The translations under genes were made by a program, and so were the position numbers. A stretch of 64,000 nucleotides of DNA, taken from NCBI GenBank assembly GCA_002269645.1, contig NIVC01002831.1, positions 1 through 64,000 on the forward strand, read 5' to 3'. Below are positions 61,255 to 64,000 of the stretch, piece by piece (the stretch's first letter is position 1; each line of letters starts with the position of its first letter). The notes under the pieces were generated by a model. That model saw only the letters and a list, made by a program, of their open reading frames with translations, did no database searches and was not told where the DNA came from. This DNA comes from Macrostomum lignano. Its lineage: Eukaryota.

Positions 61255-62315
61255 AATGGGGTGCCTACTATCTTGGAGTGCTTGCTATCTGGAGATGCGT
61301 GCTATCTGGGGGTGCTTGCTATCTGGGGGGATGCTTGCTATCTTGGGGGTTCTAGCTATCTGGGGGTGCTTGCTATTAGGTGGATGCTTGCTATCTGGGG
61401 TGCCTGCTATCTTGGAGTGCTTGCTATCTGGAGATGCGTGCTATCTGGGGGTGCTTGCTATCTGGGGGTGCTTGCTATCTGGGGGTGCTTGCTATCTGGG
61501 GGTGCTTGCTATTAGGTGGATGCTTGCTATCTGGGGTGCCTGCTATCTGGGGGTTCTTGCTATCTGGGGGTGCTTGCTATCTGGGGGTGCTTGCTATTAG
61601 GTGGATGCTTGCTATCTGGGGTGCCTGCTATCTGGGGGTGCTTGCTATCTGGAGATGCTTGCTATCTGGGGGTGCTTGCTATTAGGTGGATGCTTGCTAT
61701 CTGGGGTGCCTGCTATCTGGGGGTGCTTGCTATCTAGAGATGCTTGCTATCTGGGGGTGCTTGCTATCTGGGGGTGCTTGCTATCTGGGGGTGCTTGCTA
61801 TTAGGTGGATGCTTGCTATCTGGGGGTGCTTGCTATTAGGTGGATGCTTGCTATCTGGGGGTGCTTGCTATCTGGAGATGCTTGCTATCTGGGGGTGCTT
61901 GCTATCTGGGGGTGCTTGCTATCTAAGGGTGCTTGCTATTAGGTGGATGCTTGCTATCTTGGGGTGCTTGCTATTAGGTGGATGCTTGCTATCTGGGGTG
62001 CCTGCTATCTGGGGGTGCTTGCTATCTAGAGATGCTTGCTACTTGGGGTGCTTGCTATCTGGGGGTGCTTGCTATCTGGGGGTGCTTGCTATCTAAGGGT
62101 GCTTGCTATTAGGTGGATGCTTGCTATCTTGGGGTGCTTGCTATTAGGTGGATGCTTGCTATCTGGGGTGCCTGCTATCTGGGGGTGCTTGCTATCTGGA
62201 GATGCTTGCCTTGCTATCCAAGGGTGCTTGCTATCTGGGGATGCTTGCTATCTAAGGGTGCTTGCTATTAGGTGGATGCTTGCTATCTGGGGGTGCTTGC
62301 TATCTGGGGGGTTGC
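61255..62315. repeat. 16-17-bp minisatellite (GCTATCTGGGGGTGCTT)n with higher-order variants
   Basis: Tandem array directly after the first array; source of the CLLSGGACYL ORFs. Confidence 0.95.
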
Positions 62316-62639
62316 TTGCTGTCCTGGGATATTTTTTTGCATTGCACTTCATTTGAGCAGTTTTTCTATTGTCTATGTGAAGGCTTTATTTGGCCGTCTT
62401 TTTGATACTTGTAGAGTGCCAGAGATTCTATCTAGATGCCCCCCATCGGGGGGCGAAGATTGCTAGTAAGTAACTAAAAAAAAAAAAAAACTATCACATA
62501 TATAGAGCCATGTTAACGAAACTCAACAGTCTTAAAGAACACATGATAAGAACTTTTTTGCAGTATAAAAGTTTCTAAGTTGTCAATAACCAGACTAAAT
62601 CGATTTCTCAATATGAGCACCATTTTCTCACAGCAGAAC

Positions 62640-63850
62640 TCCAGGCACTTGACGAAATGGCTTGTAAGTTGTAACAGCAGTCTGAAGGTGTGGTGCAGTA
62701 CCGATAGCAGAGACAACCTGCTGCTTCGGCTCCTGAATGGAGACCATCTGGCGAACTTATACTCGTCGTTTCAGATCACCCCACTAGTAGAAGTCGCATG
62801 GTGTGAGGTCAGTGCTTCGAGCAGGCCAGCGCATGGGTCCTCCTCGGTCAATACACTGCTTGCCAAAGATGTTTTTCAGCCAGTCGCGCATACCAGAAGC
62901 CCAGTGTGGCGGGGCACCATCTTGCATGAACCAAAGTCGACTAGCTCTGAACTGGGGCATTCTCTGTAGCATCGGAAGCAGTTGTTCCTTGAGCATTGCT
63001 AGGTAAGACTGGCCAGTGACAGTCTTGTCAAAGAATGGGCCGATGATGCCGCCGCTGTGGTCTTCGCGAAATGCATGGGGCTACTCATTGTATGATAGGG
63101 ATTATCCTACGACCAGTATCTGCAGTTGTGCCTGTTAACTTTTCCGCTGAGATGAAAATGCGCCTCATCAGTCCAGATGACGTGTGACAGAAAAATTTCA
63201 TCCTCACGAATGGCCTGCAGCATCTTTTCGCAAAACGATAGGCGATCAATGCAATCTTGCTGATTTCCTGCAGCATTTGTAGTTTTTAGGGGTGAAGGCC
63301 TTCTCCATGAAGGATTCTTTAGACAGATCTCCGTGACATTCCGAGTTCCACAGACGCATGGCGTGTTGACATTGTTTGGTTATCATCGTAGGCAGTCAGC
63401 ACTACAGCGACCGCATCCGTTGTTCTCGTAGACACAGACCATCCGCTTCACTGTTTGTCATGAAGGTTCCCTGTTTCCACAACTTTGCTGTGAATAGCCA
63501 GAATAGTGGATCTTGTAGGTAGTTTGGCATTCAGTACAAACTGGGCTCAGAATTTTCGTTGCACAACAACGAGGCTGTGGGTACTTTCGTAAGAAGACGC
63601 GATAAAAAATCGAAGATACTTTACTTCAGGCTGCTTTTACAAGCCATTTCGTCAAGCGCCTGTTCTGACATGAGCGAAATGTCAGATTTAGAACTCAAAA
63701 AATTAGCGCTCAAATTTAGAACTCGATTTAGCCAGTATGATTATTGCCAACTTAAGAACTTTCAAGGCTGTTAGTTTCATTAACGTGCCTCTATGTATGC
63801 GATAGTTATTAAGTTTAAACTTTTTCGGTTACTTATGCGCCACCCGGTGT
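62640..63850 (-). pseudogene. Tc1/mariner DD41D (rosa/VS-type) transposon relic
   Basis: IWTDEAHFHL.G.VN..NCRYW, FMQDGAPPH and WPARSTDLTPCD with 41 residues between the 2nd and 3rd Asp; in-frame stops; TIR-like ACCGGGTGGCGCATAAG near 63832-63848. Confidence 0.85.
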
Positions 63851-64000
63851 TTTCGGTTACTTAACGGCCCATAGGAGAGTAAATATCCGAGGTCCAAATG
63901 GTGGTTTCGTTTAATAATGTTTATTTCAGGTTTTTCGCTGAAAAAACAAGAAATGCGTTAATACTTTTTCTTATATTACTCACTTTTACAGTAATGTAAT

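Larger units (their letters stand above)
59125..62466 (+). mobile_element. Complete non-autonomous Helitron-like element, family A copy 3
   Basis: A|TCCTATATACTAAAAATG start, perfect GCCCCCC-ATC-GGGGGGC hairpin at 62438-62454, CTAG|T end. The 5' ~600 bp is homologous to copies A1 and A2. Confidence 0.88.

Noticed and set aside
60399-62466. Many overlapping KHKRAT and CLLSGGACYL ORFs
   Set aside because: Satellite translations inside Helitron A3.

Overview
Eukaryotic, repeat-rich window: GT-AG introns, (TTAGGG)n tracts, AT-rich introns and GC-richer exons suggest an invertebrate animal (inference only). No prokaryotic genes, rRNA, complete tRNA or CRISPR arrays were found. Layout: (1) 234-13009, four non-autonomous Helitron-like elements joined head-to-tail on the minus strand, carrying telomeric tracts and minisatellites; (2) 13367-22795, a young Ty3/Gypsy element (986-bp LTRs, TATC TSD) with gag, pol, an extra non-env ORF3, and three relic LTR-end+PBS junctions inside each LTR; (3) 23973-40470, the only clear host gene: a signal-peptide exon plus nine tandem ~205-codon exons with phase-1 junctions, encoding alternating A/B versions of a ~200-aa domain I cannot assign to a family. 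One exon is frameshifted, and the introns hold a mariner, a 5'-truncated LINE and satellites; (4) 42-45 kb, THAP/P-element-like and mariner relics; (5) 49082-56811, a second young Gypsy on the minus strand (CTAAA TSD) with a clear -1 frameshift signal; (6) 59125-62466, a complete Helitron-like copy with two satellite arrays, followed by a DD41D Tc1/mariner relic. Most short ORFs in the supplied track are satellite or antisense artefacts. All alignments were made by eye.
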